NCBI GenBank assembly: GCA_028534125.1
Contig: CM052823.1
Coordinates: 60,140,001-60,204,000 of the forward strand
DNA from: Lama glama
Lineage: Eukaryota
Reading direction: 5' to 3'
Length of the DNA stretch: 64,000 nucleotides
Part shown: positions 21,441 through 34,830 of the stretch, piece by piece
Layout: every line of letters starts with the position of its first letter
How positions within the stretch are numbered: position 1 is the first letter of the stretch
Program-made: the position numbers and the translations under genes
Notes under the pieces: generated by a model
What the model was told of the DNA's origin: nothing
What the model saw: the letters and a program-made list of their open reading frames with translations, nothing else
Database searches by the model: none

Positions 21441-24400
21441 GGATGGGGGGAGCCTGAGGGGATCCCGGGCGGGCAGTGGAAAGGGACTGGGGCGAGTGAC
21501 TCTCTCCCAACTGAGAGAACAAGGCAGGGATCAAGTGGAGGGCGGTGGTGGTGCGGAGGGGAAGGAGAAAGAGCCTTGAGAAGAGGCGAGGTCAAGGGGT
21601 GTGAAGAGGAGGGAGTCTCAGGGCCCTAGGGTCAGGAGCGTAGAAGGGCCTTATAGAGAAGAGTTGATCTGGCAGGGAGAGGATTCCCTGAGAATGCAAG
21701 TAGGGATGAGATTCAGGATACCCACCCTCCAGAGAGACCTCCCGGGAGCGGGCCAGGTCACTCTTGTTTCCAACGAGGATGACAGGTAGGTCGTGGTGGG
21801 GCCTCCCAGCCCTGAGCCGTAGCAGGGTCTCTGGAACTTTGGAGAAGCTTCGTCGGTCGGTGACTGAGAAGACGATGAGAAAGGCATCCCCGGTCTGAAG
21901 GCAGTGGTCCCGCAGCCACCCTCCTGCATCCTCCTGCAGATGGGCAGAGAGTGGTGGAATGTCAGGGCTGGAGGCATGGGAGAACCTATCCAGCACCTGC
22001 ACCTCAAGGATAAGGAACCAGGATGTGAGGGAGAAGCCACCTGCTTAGGACAGCAGAGCTAGTTAATGGCAGAATCTCCATACCCAGAGTGTGTTTGTGG
22101 AGAAGAGAGGAGTTTGTAATGCGAGCTCTTCATGGGCAAATGGGGAACATAGGATCCTTGACTAGGGTGGCCCATCCTACTTTCTTATGCTTAAGCTCTT
22201 AAAAAATGAATACTATTCAAGTGTATGTAATCTGGCCTCTCATTTCTGCATAGTAATCATTTATGTCCAAATATTCACAAGTCCTCACTTTTTTCCCCCT
22301 TCTGTGACATTTCAGAGCCCTGAGCTCTTGTCTTGTCTAATCAGACTCTTCCAGGCTGAAAAATGTATGGAGGGGGTCAGTTTTAGGGTGTTCAGCCTGG
22401 CTTGCAGCTGCAGGGTTTGCCAAATTCAGATCCTAACTTTCCTGTGGGTTAGAAGATCCTGGAAATCAGACAGCGGCTCTCAGTGCCACCGTATGCACAC
22501 TTGTGTGGGCCTTTGCTCTCTGAGACAATACATGTGAAAGGTCAGGTCCCATTACATGTTAAAACCAGGGCCTGCCGTCCCACCAGCCTTCAGCCAGACT
22601 TTGCCCCTCCTCAACTCTCCCAGGTTTCATCACCTACTTGCAGCCACATCTTAGTTCTCACCTGTTCCCAGATGTCATAAACAACCAGAGTCACTTCTTC
22701 CTTATCCACCATGATGCGTCTCTCATAGGTGTCCTCTGTTGGGAAATAAGGACATGTAATAGAGCACATTAGGAGGCTCCCCAACACCTGTAAGACGTGG
22801 TAACCAGGGATGCCTGAGGTCCCAGCACCAGGGAGCCCCCTCCAGGGAGGTAACTGCAGAAAGCATTGGGACAGCTTCTCTTAGGTTCTAGCCTCCAGGA
22901 CTGCTCATGCCTTGAGCTCGTCCGTCCCTCACTAGGGCTCCAGAGGTGCCCTCAACCCTTGCAGGGCTCCCCCAAATACCTGGATTCTCCAGCTCGTGAG
23001 CACTGTCTCCCTGGAGACCACCGAAAGTGCCTGCTAGGGTGCTCTTGCCCACGCCGCTCTCCCCCACCAGCATGACTTTGAAGATGCCGTCCTTTTGGGT
23101 AGGGGCTGCTTCCCCTGAGCCCAGGGAGTCAGAGGAGCCAGAGGATGAGGCGTGAGGTGGCCAGTCAAGTTCATCTACAGCCTGGGCCCGCCGCAGCTGG
23201 TGCTTGTAGGGGACAGGCATACTGCCTCTTCGTCTGGGGGCCCCCGGGGCAGGGGGTGGCCCGCCACGGTCCAGCCCTGCCAACAGTTTCTCTGGCTTCT
23301 TTAGCAGAGTGGCATCTGCTTTGGGGGGGTTTGGGCAAAGAGAAGGAAGCTATGAGTGGGGTAGGCCCAGCCATCTGCAGAGGACTCAGTCCTGGCTGCT
23401 CCAGCTTCAGAGGACCAGTCAAGACCATGACCCAGAAGGAGCTGAGAATCTTTGGTCTAACCTCTTCCACTGAACTCCCCCAGAAGCCTGAGCTGCTGGG
23501 GGTCCAAAATGCCGAGCTGAAGACTGGTTCCAGTATGGTTCCAGCCACAGCCTGTTCAAAACATACCCCATGCAGGGGAGGCACCTGTGCACTGGCTTGC
23601 ACACCCACTCACACTCCACACTGACACACAGGCACACCCCCCAGACTAGGCCTCTGGCCCCGGGGCTGCTCTTGCTAACACAGAGAGGCCTTTCCCTCTC
23701 CTGGTTCCTGCACTGGTGATCCCCACACTGGGGAGGGCCCCAGGGGATGAGAAGCTGAAGCTGCTGCCCAGGTTCATAGAGTCAAAAACTTTGTGGAGTG
23801 CCTGTTCCTGGGAAGGGCCTTCGCTCTTTGAAATGTGTGTGTTGGGTCTCCATGGGTGTGTGAGAGGGGCTGCCTCTTCCCAAGGCCCTGCAGGTAAGCA
23901 TCCCCCAGTGCACAGTTGTGTGTGGGAATCCTTCTGCACCCCTGGCTGCTTCTGTGAGTCCGAGAGAATATTGTGTTCATGGTGAGGCTGAGAGAATACT
24001 GTGTTCATGGTGAGGCTGAGGGAGAGAAGGAGGGAGGGAGAGAGAGAACAAGAGAGCAGGAGCAAGAGGGAGAGTGACAATGCATGGGTCAGGGTAACTG
24101 GAGGAGGAACGACAGACACAACACAGGGGGATGGAGAGAGGCTGGAAATAGCCCAGGATCAATACTTGGCTGGCAGCCACGGCGTCCAGGAGCCAGAGAA
24201 ACCCTTACAACAGGTCCCCAGAGTAGCCCCCTGCCTGTGATTCCCAGGCTTGTGGGCTGCCCTTTCTTCCCCCCTTCCCTCCTGCGCATCCCAGCCTCTT
24301 GGGAATGAGGCAGACCTTGGGGCTAAGCACCAGTTTCCCCAGTGAAGCCCTGGGTGACGGGTGGGTAAGGGGATATTTAGGCAGTCCCCAGCTGCCCCCT

Positions 24401-24695
24401 ACCCCTACCTCAGCCCAGCCCCAGTCCTAGTGTGGACAGGAGGCTTCCCTACTTCCTGAGTTGCTCTTTCCTCTTGCTGTTTGGGTTCAAGCTTCTTCAA
24501 CCCCTAGTTCTGACCTTCCCATCAAAGCTTCAGCTCCCACCCCCATAGATTCAGCGAGAACCTGCCAGCTTAGCCCTCACCTGGTGTGGGCGTCCCTGGA
24601 GGGGAGGCCTGGTGGCTGCCAGAGGGGCAGAGTGCTGTGGTTTCCGTGTCCGTGCCCGTGTCCATGTCCATGTCGGTGTCGAGGTCCGTGTGCAT
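21102..24695 (-). CDS. REM2: GTP-binding protein REM2 (RGK family), about 343 aa
   Basis: Exons 24695-24581, 23318(or 23315)-22980, 22735-22662, 21933-21726, 21397-21102. MHTDLDTDMDMDT..., P-loop GESGVGKS, RGK G3 DIWEQ, NKSD, ETSA, polybasic C-terminus KQRSRSCHDLSVL*. Confidence 0.97.
23962..24020. repeat. 28-bp tandem duplication in REM2 intron 1
   Basis: gagagaata(t/c)tgtgttcatggtgaggct x2, one mismatch. Confidence 0.9.
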
Positions 24696-24769
24696 CGGTG
24701 TGCGTGTGTGTGTGCAGCCTGGCGGCTCGCAGCACCCGCTCCCTCTCAGCCGCACAGTCAGCTTTTCCC

Positions 24770-24864
24770 TTTAAATACCACCCCTCCAGCCCTCCCCACC
24801 CGACACCTGGGGAAATAGTCCCACCCCCTGATGAGGTCACACATGCTAATGAGCAGTGATGTCA
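24770..24864 (-). promoter_or_regulatory. REM2: REM2 proximal promoter: TATA-like box, CRE/AP-1-like sites, POU-like site
   Basis: TATTTAAA (-) 24770-24777; TGAGGTCA 24832-24839; ATGCTAAT 24843-24850; TGATGTCA 24857-24864. All within 170 nt upstream of the ATG. Confidence 0.55.
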
Positions 24865-27800
24865 GCGGGATTCCCTCCTTTCTGCACCCCCTTCCTTTGT
24901 GTCGCTTTCCTCTGGGAGCACACACACTGTGGAGTCTGCTTAAGACATGAACAGGACAAAGTCAGAAGGGCAGAAGAGATGGGTTCAAAGAAGTGGGGTG
25001 AGGGGTCAGTGGATAAGGGAGCTGAGGATGGCAGGAGGCCAGGACCCAGGGCCTGGGCGGTCTTTCTCCAGGAGCTAGGACTGTGTCATTTGTCTCTGCA
25101 TCCCAGCCCTCCAGCCCAGTGTCCAGCCCAGACTGGGTGCTCTGTGGCTAAATGGAAGGGCTAGAGGCAGAAACCAAAAGAGATGCAGGGACAGGAGGAC
25201 AGCCACCCTGCCCACCACCAAGCTTCCCTACTACCTTCTTCTTCCCAGTACTACCCCTTCTGGGCTAAGACCCACGAAAGTCCCCATTTCCCCGGCCCCT
25301 AGGGAGACAGGAGTGATGGCTGCTTTGTTTGGGCAGCTTCATTCTTTTAATAGGTTCTGGTGGGTACAAACCACTGTGGGGACTTTCTCCCCATCTCCCT
25401 CCCTGCCAGGCCCACCCACCTTGTGTTAATCAGAGCAGGAAAAAGGGGAGAGACAACTAGCCCTCTAGAAGATGTTCCCAATCCCAGGGGGCACCAGCCC
25501 CACTCTCAGTGCTCTCTGGGGCTGCCCCGGGCCTCCTGGGCTGCACAGGGCAGACACAAGACGATGCCTATGCCTTAGTGGGAAGCTAGGATGTCTGGGC
25601 TTCTTTACTGCTCCTTTTCTGCCTCGTCCCTTTTGCTTCAGGCTCCCATTTGTCTTCCTTCCTGACACCCCCAAGCATCCACACACACATTTCTGATTTC
25701 CTGGCCCCTTCTTGCTCCATTTTTGCCAGGTGCTGTGCTACGCACCTTCCTGCATTATCTCCTTTCATCCTCATGACCCTGATGCTCAGAGTGACAGGTG
25801 GGTGGCCTGTGCCCCAAATCAATCATGCAGCTGGAAAATGGGGACACCAGGATTCCCACCCAGAGCATTCCAATGCTAAGCATTCTATGCTATGCTGCCT
25901 TCCTTGTCTTAAATATTCCAACTGTATCCTATTATTGAGAACATATTTCGATTTTCAGTGGGCTTTTCCAATCAAAGAAGCAAACAGTGATCTTGGGATC
26001 ACTTGTGCAGTGACACTTCGCTTATCTGGATGTCAGCTGCAGGGCAGCATTGTGGGGTCTAGAAGGAGCAGAAAGAACTCTTAAACAGCTACAATCCTCA
26101 TGCACTTCACACATTGGACAGGCTCTCTAGTCCTCAGTCACAGCCCACTTGTCCTTACTTTATTCACAGTTTTAATGTGTCCATGTGTGTTCCTGTGCTC
26201 AAAGATTAGAAGCCCACTTACAGCAGCGAGTGACCACTGATAGCCCGACAGCAAGGAGGCAACAACATCACAGAAGACTTTCAAAGCAGTCATAAGCATT
26301 TAAAAAGTGGTCTAAGGTCATCTGGTATTAAGACATACAGCTTCCCTGACACTGTTACAGCTTCTGAAAACACTGCTGTAAAGAAGTCATTGGTTTCTAT
26401 GAATGACCCTCAGCTATCCAGAAAGATTAATATTTTATTGCAGATGTGCTAAAGATGAGTGTTAGGTTTGACTTCCTTCCAAAATGAGTTTTTAAAGTCT
26501 TAAGTTGTAAAGGAGTGAACTTTGTGTGTCTGGAATACTTATTTAGGGGGTAGGATTCCTTTCTAGGGTACCAGATAAGTGTCAGGTGTGCTGCAGACCC
26601 CAGCGAGGATTCTTGACCGTGACTTTGGCCTGCCCTCAATCCAGCCTTAGGCCAAAGAAGCAGGCTGGGTTTCACCCTGAACCACCAGGTCTCTTTCCAC
26701 TGATAAGACGCTGTGAACTTGCCCACATCCAGGCTCCCTCAGGAATGGGAGGTCCTGTGGAAAAATGGGACAGGGTGAGATTTGGAACCGAGGTGATCCA
26801 GGTTTAATTCTGCCTCTCAGTAGAGACTGGGCCAGTCTCATAATTCCTCCGAAGCTGCTCCTGAGCCTGTGAATTGGGGCCGTGATGCCCATGGCACAGT
26901 CTTGTGAGGTAAAGGGTCTGGCACTCAACAGGTTGCCTGACCACTGGGTGCTCCAACAGCCTCAGGCCATGTGACTAGGGGTCCCCCTCTTCTCCCAGAG
27001 TGGCTTGGAGCTTGGAGCAGGCCCAGATTCTGCTCCTTAAGGACTGACTTCTGGTATCTGCTCAGATTATCGCAGATTTGCAGCTTGATTCCCATCTCAT
27101 AAGTGAGATCGCCTCCTTCCTCCCCATCAAGGGACTTGACAGGAGTTCCACACCCCTGATACTGGGCACCTTGGATAGTGGTGTCTATCCTGATTTGAAG
27201 TCATCTCATTTCATTTTCCATGGTGAATATAAACTTGGGTGACAGCTCCACAATGCTCCACCCTTGCCTAGGTGGGACCCTCTGAGTTTCTCCATTCTGC
27301 CTGTACAAGGTCAGTCCCCTCTCCCCGCCAACCTGGGGCTTCACTGAGGCTGACATAGTGTTACTGCTTGTACCTCCTGGAGCATGACCCAGCACCCGGG
27401 TGAGCGTCTTTCAGGCCCATGAACCTATGTGCACAGGCCTCCCTAGTGAACTCTTCCCTCAAGTCCTCCCTCCAGCATTCTGAAGCATTCCACCATGAGG
27501 GGCATTCTTTTACCTTAAATCTTTGTCCACTTTCAAATTCCAAATACCCCTGGGAGGTGAAAGGTCTGGAGCAGGACAAGGGATGAGGATGTGAGGTAGA
27601 AGAGAGGAGCACAGGAGGGGAGGTGGTGGAGGACACAGGAGAGGAAATCAACATTCCCTGCTTCACTGTTCTCACTGGGCCTGACACTAGTGGGACCCAG
27701 GGATTGTTTACACCGTGGAAGGCAGGTCCAAAGGGAGAACAGCCAGCAAGGATGAAGACCTCTGGAGCCCCTTCCCCAATCTCTGGAGAGGGTGTGGAAT

Positions 27801-29028
27801 GAAAGGAGCTTGAGTCTTCCCGGAGCCAAGATGCCAGTGTCCCAGGACTGCCCCGGATCCCCTCTCTACCATTTCCCTAGGCTCTTGCTCACTGGGAGAG
27901 GAAACACGCAATTAGTGCTGGCGTGAGGATGTTGACAGGGTGTAATCCACAGGGCCCCTCCACCAGAGGGGCAGGGACAGGCCAGGCTAGGCAGGAAAGG
28001 TAAGGGCGAGCGTAAGGGGGAACCCGCTTCTCTGGGGATTGGTTCTGTAAGGGAATGGCTCAGTGCTGTTCTTGGGGGCACACCCACCCTCTGGACTTTT
28101 TCTAAATTCTTTGTCTTGACTGATTTTCCTTTCTTTCATTTTTGTTTGTTTTTCTGATTTTCCTTTTAAACTCCAGGACAACGGTTACTGTCCTTACCAG
28201 AGGCTGGGTCCCAGCATTTCCCAGAGATCATTCCCTCCTCTTCCATCACCCTCTCCCGTTCTTCGGCTCTGGCCGCTGCTTACACACCTGGCCCCTTCTC
28301 AGGAAGCCCAGGTCCCTCCTACAGCTCTAGCCGTCACTGTCTGCTTAGTTTACTTATCCCGTGAACTCTCACCCTGCCTACAATTCACAATTCTATTCCA
28401 CCTCGGACAGCATTCTTTAAGGTCCAGTTTGGGCTCTCTTCCAGGAGGACCTCTTGGATTTGGCCAGGGTGATGCTAGCGTCTTTACACCCTGAATGTTT
28501 ATGCATTTTCTCTGGACACATCTTTGCCGCTTTGAGGCATCCTGGCTGAGAGTTCATCTGTCTTGCCTAGGACAGACTGAAAACGCATGGTGGGGTGGAG
28601 GATGGAGGGCAGGAGTCATGGCTCCTGCGTTCCATCAGGGACAGCCCACTTCTGTGACATGTGCTCTGCGAATACTCTGTAAATGGGAAGCTTCCCAGCT
28701 GCAGTGCCCAGCTGGCTCACAAATTCCTGCCTGGCAGTGAGGGCAAAGGCTTAGTGCTCAGCCCCGGGGTCAGTCACTGTAGAGATGGGCCCCAGGCAGT
28801 GAGTGGAGGTAGAGAGGGTTAGTCTTAGGTTCCTAGAATTTTTTCACCCTCTGAGTGCCCCACCAGGGCAGGGTGGTTGGACGATAAGCAGGAAGAGGAC
28901 AGGAGGTGGAGGGCAGAACCAAGGCCTTCACAGGGAGGAGCAAGGTGAGGGGAGCATAAGCTGAGATGGGTAGAGAGGCAGGACTCAGGCTCACAGCTCA
29001 TTTACAAAAATCTTAAATTTCTGATTCC

Positions 29029-29034
29029 TTTATT
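29029..29034 (-). terminator. LRP10: LRP10 polyadenylation signal AATAAA
   Basis: tttatt on the + strand about 500 nt after the LRP10 stop. Confidence 0.7.
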
Positions 29035-29538
29035 TTCAACCTTGGCTTCCTGGGCAATGATTTAGCTATGGAATAAAAGCATTTGTTGTGCTCTTTTTAT
29101 GAGCCAGGACTTGTAGACGGGATTACCGTTGGCAAAACCTCAGACCCTGCCCAAATCCTCCCCTTGGAAGCTGGACGTCTCCAGCCAGTTGGCATCCTGG
29201 TGCTTAAGGCCACTTTTGGATGGGGCTTTGGCAAGGATGGAGTATCCAGGCCTATGACCCTTTAAGAACTTTACTTTTTAAAAACAGCCACCCAAGTGGT
29301 GGTGGTGTGGGGTGGGGGTGGCGGTGGGCTGTGGTCTCTGGCGTGCACAGAGGGGGCTCTGTGTGACCCCTCTCCCTGCCTGAGGGACACCTAACTTTAC
29401 AGTAGCTACATGGGATCAGTGGGAGGCCCATCAAGTGCCCTCAGACTGAGGGACAGGAGGGAAGTAGTGGAAGGGAAGCTGATCTGCTCTCTAAAGGGTT
29501 GTCACTGTGAATAGAGCCCCCAGGGAAGCCGGGTCACC

Positions 29539-32500
29539 TCAGGCAAGCAGTGGCTCATCCTCCGCTTCGACCACCCAGACCCCTGGCTCAGCCAGTGGCA
29601 CCAACAGCACATCGTCCTCATCCTCTGGGGACAGGACTGTTGTGTGGGGTCCGGGTGGGGTCCGGGTTGGTCCTGGGGGCCGCAGGCTGGGCAGGAGGCG
29701 GCCTCGCAGGGCCTGCACCACTCCAGACAGCAGTGATGGCTCCAGGGGTGCCACAGGCAGTGGTGCCGGGGCCTCGGGGACAGTAGGGAAGGCTGGAGAC
29801 GTGCTGGCAGGTGGCAGTGGAGCCTTGACAGGCAGCGGGGGTGCCTGTTCCCCATCTTGCCCACCCACCGCTCCACCCTCACGGGCTGGACCCGTGCTGC
29901 CGTCTACGGTCTCGAGGGAAGCAGCAGAAGGTGTGACCTGAGATCTGGTCTCAGGAGTCCGGGCTGGGGGGTTGGTCCGAGGAAGCAGGCCCCAGCGGCG
30001 GAGACGGCGCACCAGGCGGCGCATAGAGCGGCCCCGCTGGCGGCGGCGGGCACCTGGGGCACCCCCTGGAGTCATGTCCTGGCGTAAGATCTGTAGCAGA
30101 GAACGCAGGTTGCCCAGCACTGAGTTCTGCAAGGAGAGGAGGAAGACAGTGGGGTCAAAGGGGGTCGGGACGGCCAGAAGCCTGAAAGGAGGGTGCAGCG
30201 GCAGGACCACAGGGGGCTGGGAGCGGGAAGTGGTCAGGTTGGGGAGGATGACTTACATCATTAGGGTTCTCTGTAGGGAAGTCCTCTACAGGTGGGATGG
30301 CACCCTGGGCAATGAGCTGTCCATATGAGGGGGGCGCCTGCTGCTGCACAATCTCAGCCTCCATCCGGGAGAGGGGGGCGAAGATGCTGGAAGGGATGAG
30401 GGCTGCTCTGTCACAGGTGCTTCCGGCCAGAGCCGCCTGTCTCAGCATGGACAGGCCTCTTCGCTCCATACCCAGACCAGGACTTCCCAGAGTCTGAGGT
30501 CCCCCACCTTCCTTGAGATTGCTTTCAGGATCTAGACCTGTCCCTCCCTTGGTGAAGCACCCCTGCCCCCAAGCCCGACAACACCAGGAGCCAACCCATA
30601 AGCTGGTCACTGGAACCTGTCCCCAGCGTGGGCACCCTCAGGTCTCCTGTGGCTGCATAGGCCTTCTTGCCCTGGGTCCCCACTCCGCCACAGCCAGTTG
30701 CACTCCCACTGACCTGTACTCCTGGGTGCGAATGGCATAGAGCTTGCAGGTGCAGCCCAGGGCAATGACCAGCAGCAAGCCACACACCAGGCTGCCGATG
30801 ACTGCGGCGGTGATGACCTTGCGGGGCAGGGCATAGGAGCAGTCCCACTCATCGCTGCCGTCCGCACAGTCTGGCTGCCCGTCACACACCCAAGTCTCGT
30901 ACACGCACTTCTCATCCCGGCATCGGAAGTTCCCGGGCTGGCAGTGCCGACAGCGTCTCTCGTCCGCTCCGTCAGCACAGAAGGTCTGGTAGTTGCAGCG
31001 GTCAGCAGGCAGGTAGCAGGCTGTGGCGCCGGGGCTGCCGGCGGCCCCACAGGGGTAGTGTCCAGGCGGGCAGCTGGGGCAGTTCTCCTCATCCGTGCCA
31101 TCCGCACAGTCCCACGAGCCGTCGCAGCGCTGAGCCTCGCTGTAGCAGCGCTCACCTAGGCCCTCACTAGCCCCCAAGCCAGAGCCTAGGCCGCAAGGTC
31201 GGTCCCAAGGCAAGCAGTAGCCCCGCACATGGTAGGTGGCATTGAAGCCCCGACCACTGCTCCAAGCAACTGTGTGGTAGTCGACGGTGGCCTGGCCGGA
31301 CAGCGTCTCCACAGTGACGGCCTTACCGTTGCTGAAGTGGGTGAGGCTGCGCAGCAGCCGGAGGGTCTTGGGGGGCCCGGCGCCATCATACACGTGCACT
31401 GCATCTCCATAGCCCAGGTCTAGGGCCGTGAAGCGCACTGCCAGGCGCCGGCCGTCATGGGGGTCCAACAGCCAGAGGCAGGACTGGGGGTGGGAGACTG
31501 AGGCCAGGTGCGAGTACCCGAGGGAGGAGAAGACCCCATAGAAGTCTTCTAAGGTGTGATTGCAGGGTGGGGTGGGGTCAGGGACTGAGGTCAGGTCAGG
31601 GAAGGGGTCTGAGCTGCAACCTGCCTCATCAGAGCCATCGCCACAGTCATCAATCCCATCGCAGCGCTGGATGAAGGGCACACAGCGGTGGCTGAGGCAC
31701 TGGAACTCATCCTGCAGGCACATCAGCCAATCTGCAGAGGCACCATGGAGAGGGGCTGTGAAGCACTGGAGCTGGCGGGATCCTTCCCTCCTCCCTGGGG
31801 CTTCCACTGCCTGTTCTAACATCCCACGGACAGCCTTGTCCAGCCTACCTTGGCTGTAGGAGAGCAAGAAGCCCTGGCCCATGGGTGCTCTGGCCCCGGC
31901 ATAGCTGTAGGTGATGGTGACGTTGCCTCCAGGCAGCTGCAGGGGGCTGGCAGGGGCCTCGCATAGAGAGATCTGTGGCTGGATGGGGGAGCGCAGAATT
32001 AAGCGCTCTGAGCCACAGGCCAGGTGCAGTTTTTGGAACCTACAGGGGTGGAAGAGAGCAGGAAGTAAGATATTCTTGACCACTGCCAGCGCCCCCCCCT
32101 CACAGTGTTGTCAGGCCCCTTCTACCCCAGGAAGCACAAACACCTGCTTATCCACAAGCCAGACAGCCAAATGAAAACAGTCCAATTCCTTTGTAAGCAA
32201 TGGCAATAGCCCTAACAGAGGCCTATGGCACCATGAGACCACAAGTACATCCTAGAACCTTTGGGGAAAACTGATTTGTGTTCCGGACTGAGTCAGGACA
32301 GATTTATTGCTTTCCTGGTGTTGCAGCTCTGTCACCCAAGTATGGTGTGAGCAGTGACCGGCAGGTACCGTACAGTTAATTAACCAGAACTCACCATCCC
32401 CTCCCAGTGCCCAGTGGTGAAACCTGAGATCACCATGGCAGTCTGATCCCTCCACCCCAACAACCTCTCCCCAGATTGCCCTCTCCCTTCTCCTACCCTT

Positions 32501-34116
32501 TTCTGGATAAACTCATGGGAAGTGAACTGTGTGAAGCAAACACCCAGGTACTTAACATGGGCCACAACCCCACAGCCCAACGTCAGAGGGGCCCAGTGAG
32601 ACCTAGACTGTTTAAAAGATCTGGGGAGGCTGAGGAAGGTTCTAAGCTAATGAAGGAACAGCTCTGACTGCCAGGTAAGGATGTGTAATGGATTGAAGGA
32701 CCTCTCAGGACAGCCACATTCGAGCCCAAGGACTGTTTCTAGAGTGACTATCGTCCTTCAGGGATGACAGGACCCGAGCTAGATGTCCACTCCAGCCCAG
32801 CCCCAATTCACTGTGTCTGGTCCAGAATAAGCCAGGCTGTTAGGGCAGACTAGGCCAAATCTAATTCTACTCTTCCCCCTGTTGACAGGAATGGAAATTC
32901 CATGGAGCAGTGATCCCTGAAGGCTTTTCCATGGCAGAGGAGGCGGCGTGGGGCAAAGGAATAGGGTCTTGCCCTTCTTCTCACCTGACTGTTACAGTCT
33001 GCTCCTTGCTGCCCAGGATGAGCCAGGTGCAGTTGGCAGGGGAGCTGCGGCTGTCCCGGCCCACTGGCCTCTGTAAGGTGCCCTGCACTTCCAAGAGCAC
33101 CGCCGGGGGGTCCTCACAGGCTGGAGAGAGAGGAAGGTAGGGACACTGGTCGACAGCCTCTTAACCATCCCACCCTTCCTCAGGCTTGAGGCCTCCAAGG
33201 GATTGGACTCTTCCAGAAGGAGCAGAGAAGCTCCCCTGCCCCAGCCACACACACTCTAGAGGCACAATCTTCAATGGGCCCCCTCCTCTCCACACTCATC
33301 ATAGTTCCACCTGAAGTATCAACACCACAAACAATATGAGGTCTGCTTTGTGCCAGTCACTAGGCCAAGAGGAACAGGAAATACTGCTTCTTCCCTCAAG
33401 GAGACTACATTTTGGCTAGACAGATCAAGCAAGGATATTTGGGTGGGGGGCGGTTGTTGAACATAACTACCAGGAGAGGGCTCCTGCTGGCTGTTTCCCC
33501 ATCTGTAAAATAAAGGGTGGATGATCTCCACTCTAAAACTATGGTACCAGAAGAATTCAAGGACGAGAGAGTCTTCCCCTTGGGTCCTCCCTCATTACCA
33601 AGCCCGTGAGACCCCAGGGGCATCCTCGACTCACCAGGATTTGGGAAAATGATCCGATCTGGGTGGGCCAGAGCGCCTCCTAGAGGAAGAGCCAGAAAGG
33701 GCAAGAGTCACGCTTTGGAATTTTCTTCACCTGAGCAACTCAAGGAGGAAAGGGAGCTGAGACTTCCGGGTAGTTTACGGAAGGGGTGGTGGGGAGCAGA
33801 GGAAGGCAACGGCGTGTGACCTCGAAGGAAAGTCGGCAGCACGGCCTGTTGGGGTGGGTACAGTGATCTGCGGAGGCCAGAGGGAGGATGAGGGCTGAGG
33901 GAAGCGGGTGGAAATTTCCGAGGGGTTGGGGCAGGCAGCGCCGGGGGCAGTGGCAGAGGGTGGGGGACACGGGCAGACACGGTAGGGTGAGGGGCCGCGT
34001 AGGAAGAAGGGAGCTAGAGCCCCTAGGCCCGGTAACAGCCCCGGGAGCGGGGTGCCGGGCGAGTAGTCTCGTTTCGGTTTCTTACCCAGGAGTAAGAGGA
34101 GGAAGGCCGGCAGCAT
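29539..34116 (-). CDS. LRP10: LDL receptor-related protein 10 (2 CUB, LDLa repeats, TM, acidic dileucine tail), 712 aa
   Basis: Exons 34116-34086, 33679-33635, 33120-32985, 32039-31849, 31731-30714, 30386-30257, 30126-29539; 2139 nt in frame. Signal peptide MLPAFLLLLLGGALA, LDLa motifs (CDGIDDCGDGSDE), TM VITAAVIGSLVCGLLLVIALG, PPSY, and DXXLL motifs DDVLL and DEPLL. Confidence 0.97.
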
Positions 34117-34830
34117 CGTGAGCCGTCCAGAGGTGCGGGAAGAGTCCCAGAGCTTCGGTCGTCTAGCCAGTGGGGAGGCGGCGCCGCTCCGGGCGTCCAG
34201 GCCCCCGAGTGCCGCCTCCCCTAGGGGGCTCCATGGCCCGGGCTCCTCGACCGAAGCTCTGGATGCCAGGGCTGGGGGCGAGTGGGAGGTGGCGGCGTCC
34301 CGGGAGCAGGGGCGGTGCCTCTCGCCAACTTCAGAGTTGTTTTCTCCGGCCGCCGCCGCGCTCTCTCCCGAGGCTGGCCCCCAAAGCCCTGGGAGTCGGC
34401 TCGAGGCCCCGCGCTGGGGTGCGCCCTCGCCTAGAGCCCGCCCGCAGGCCGCGAGCGATCCGGTCCAGGCCTGTCCGCCACCTGCCGAGGCTTGAGGCCA
34501 CTTCCTCTTTGGGCCAAACTTTGCCGACTGTCAGCCCCCAGGGCCGGCCCGGGCGCAGCTCAACTTCTCCAGCGCGTCCAGCCCGCGGAATGCGGCAGGG
34601 GAGCGGGGAGGGGGACTGGCGACTCAGCCCAGCTCCCCGGCCCTTGCCCAGGCGGTACCCCAGGCCAGCCCAGGGGTTGGAGGAGCCGGGGCGGAGGGAG
34701 GGGGCGGGTGACAAGTCTTGCCCCACCCCTGCCAATCAACGCGCTTGCCCCGCCCACCTACCCGCCTTAACCCCTTTCCGGTCCTACCGGCTCTAGTCAC
34801 ACGGGCTCTTACGGCGCTCAGCCGCCACTT
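33900..34830. promoter_or_regulatory. LRP10: LRP10 CpG-island promoter and 5' UTR
   Basis: CpG-rich, with GC boxes at about 34688-34707 and CCAAT at about 34732. Confidence 0.8.
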
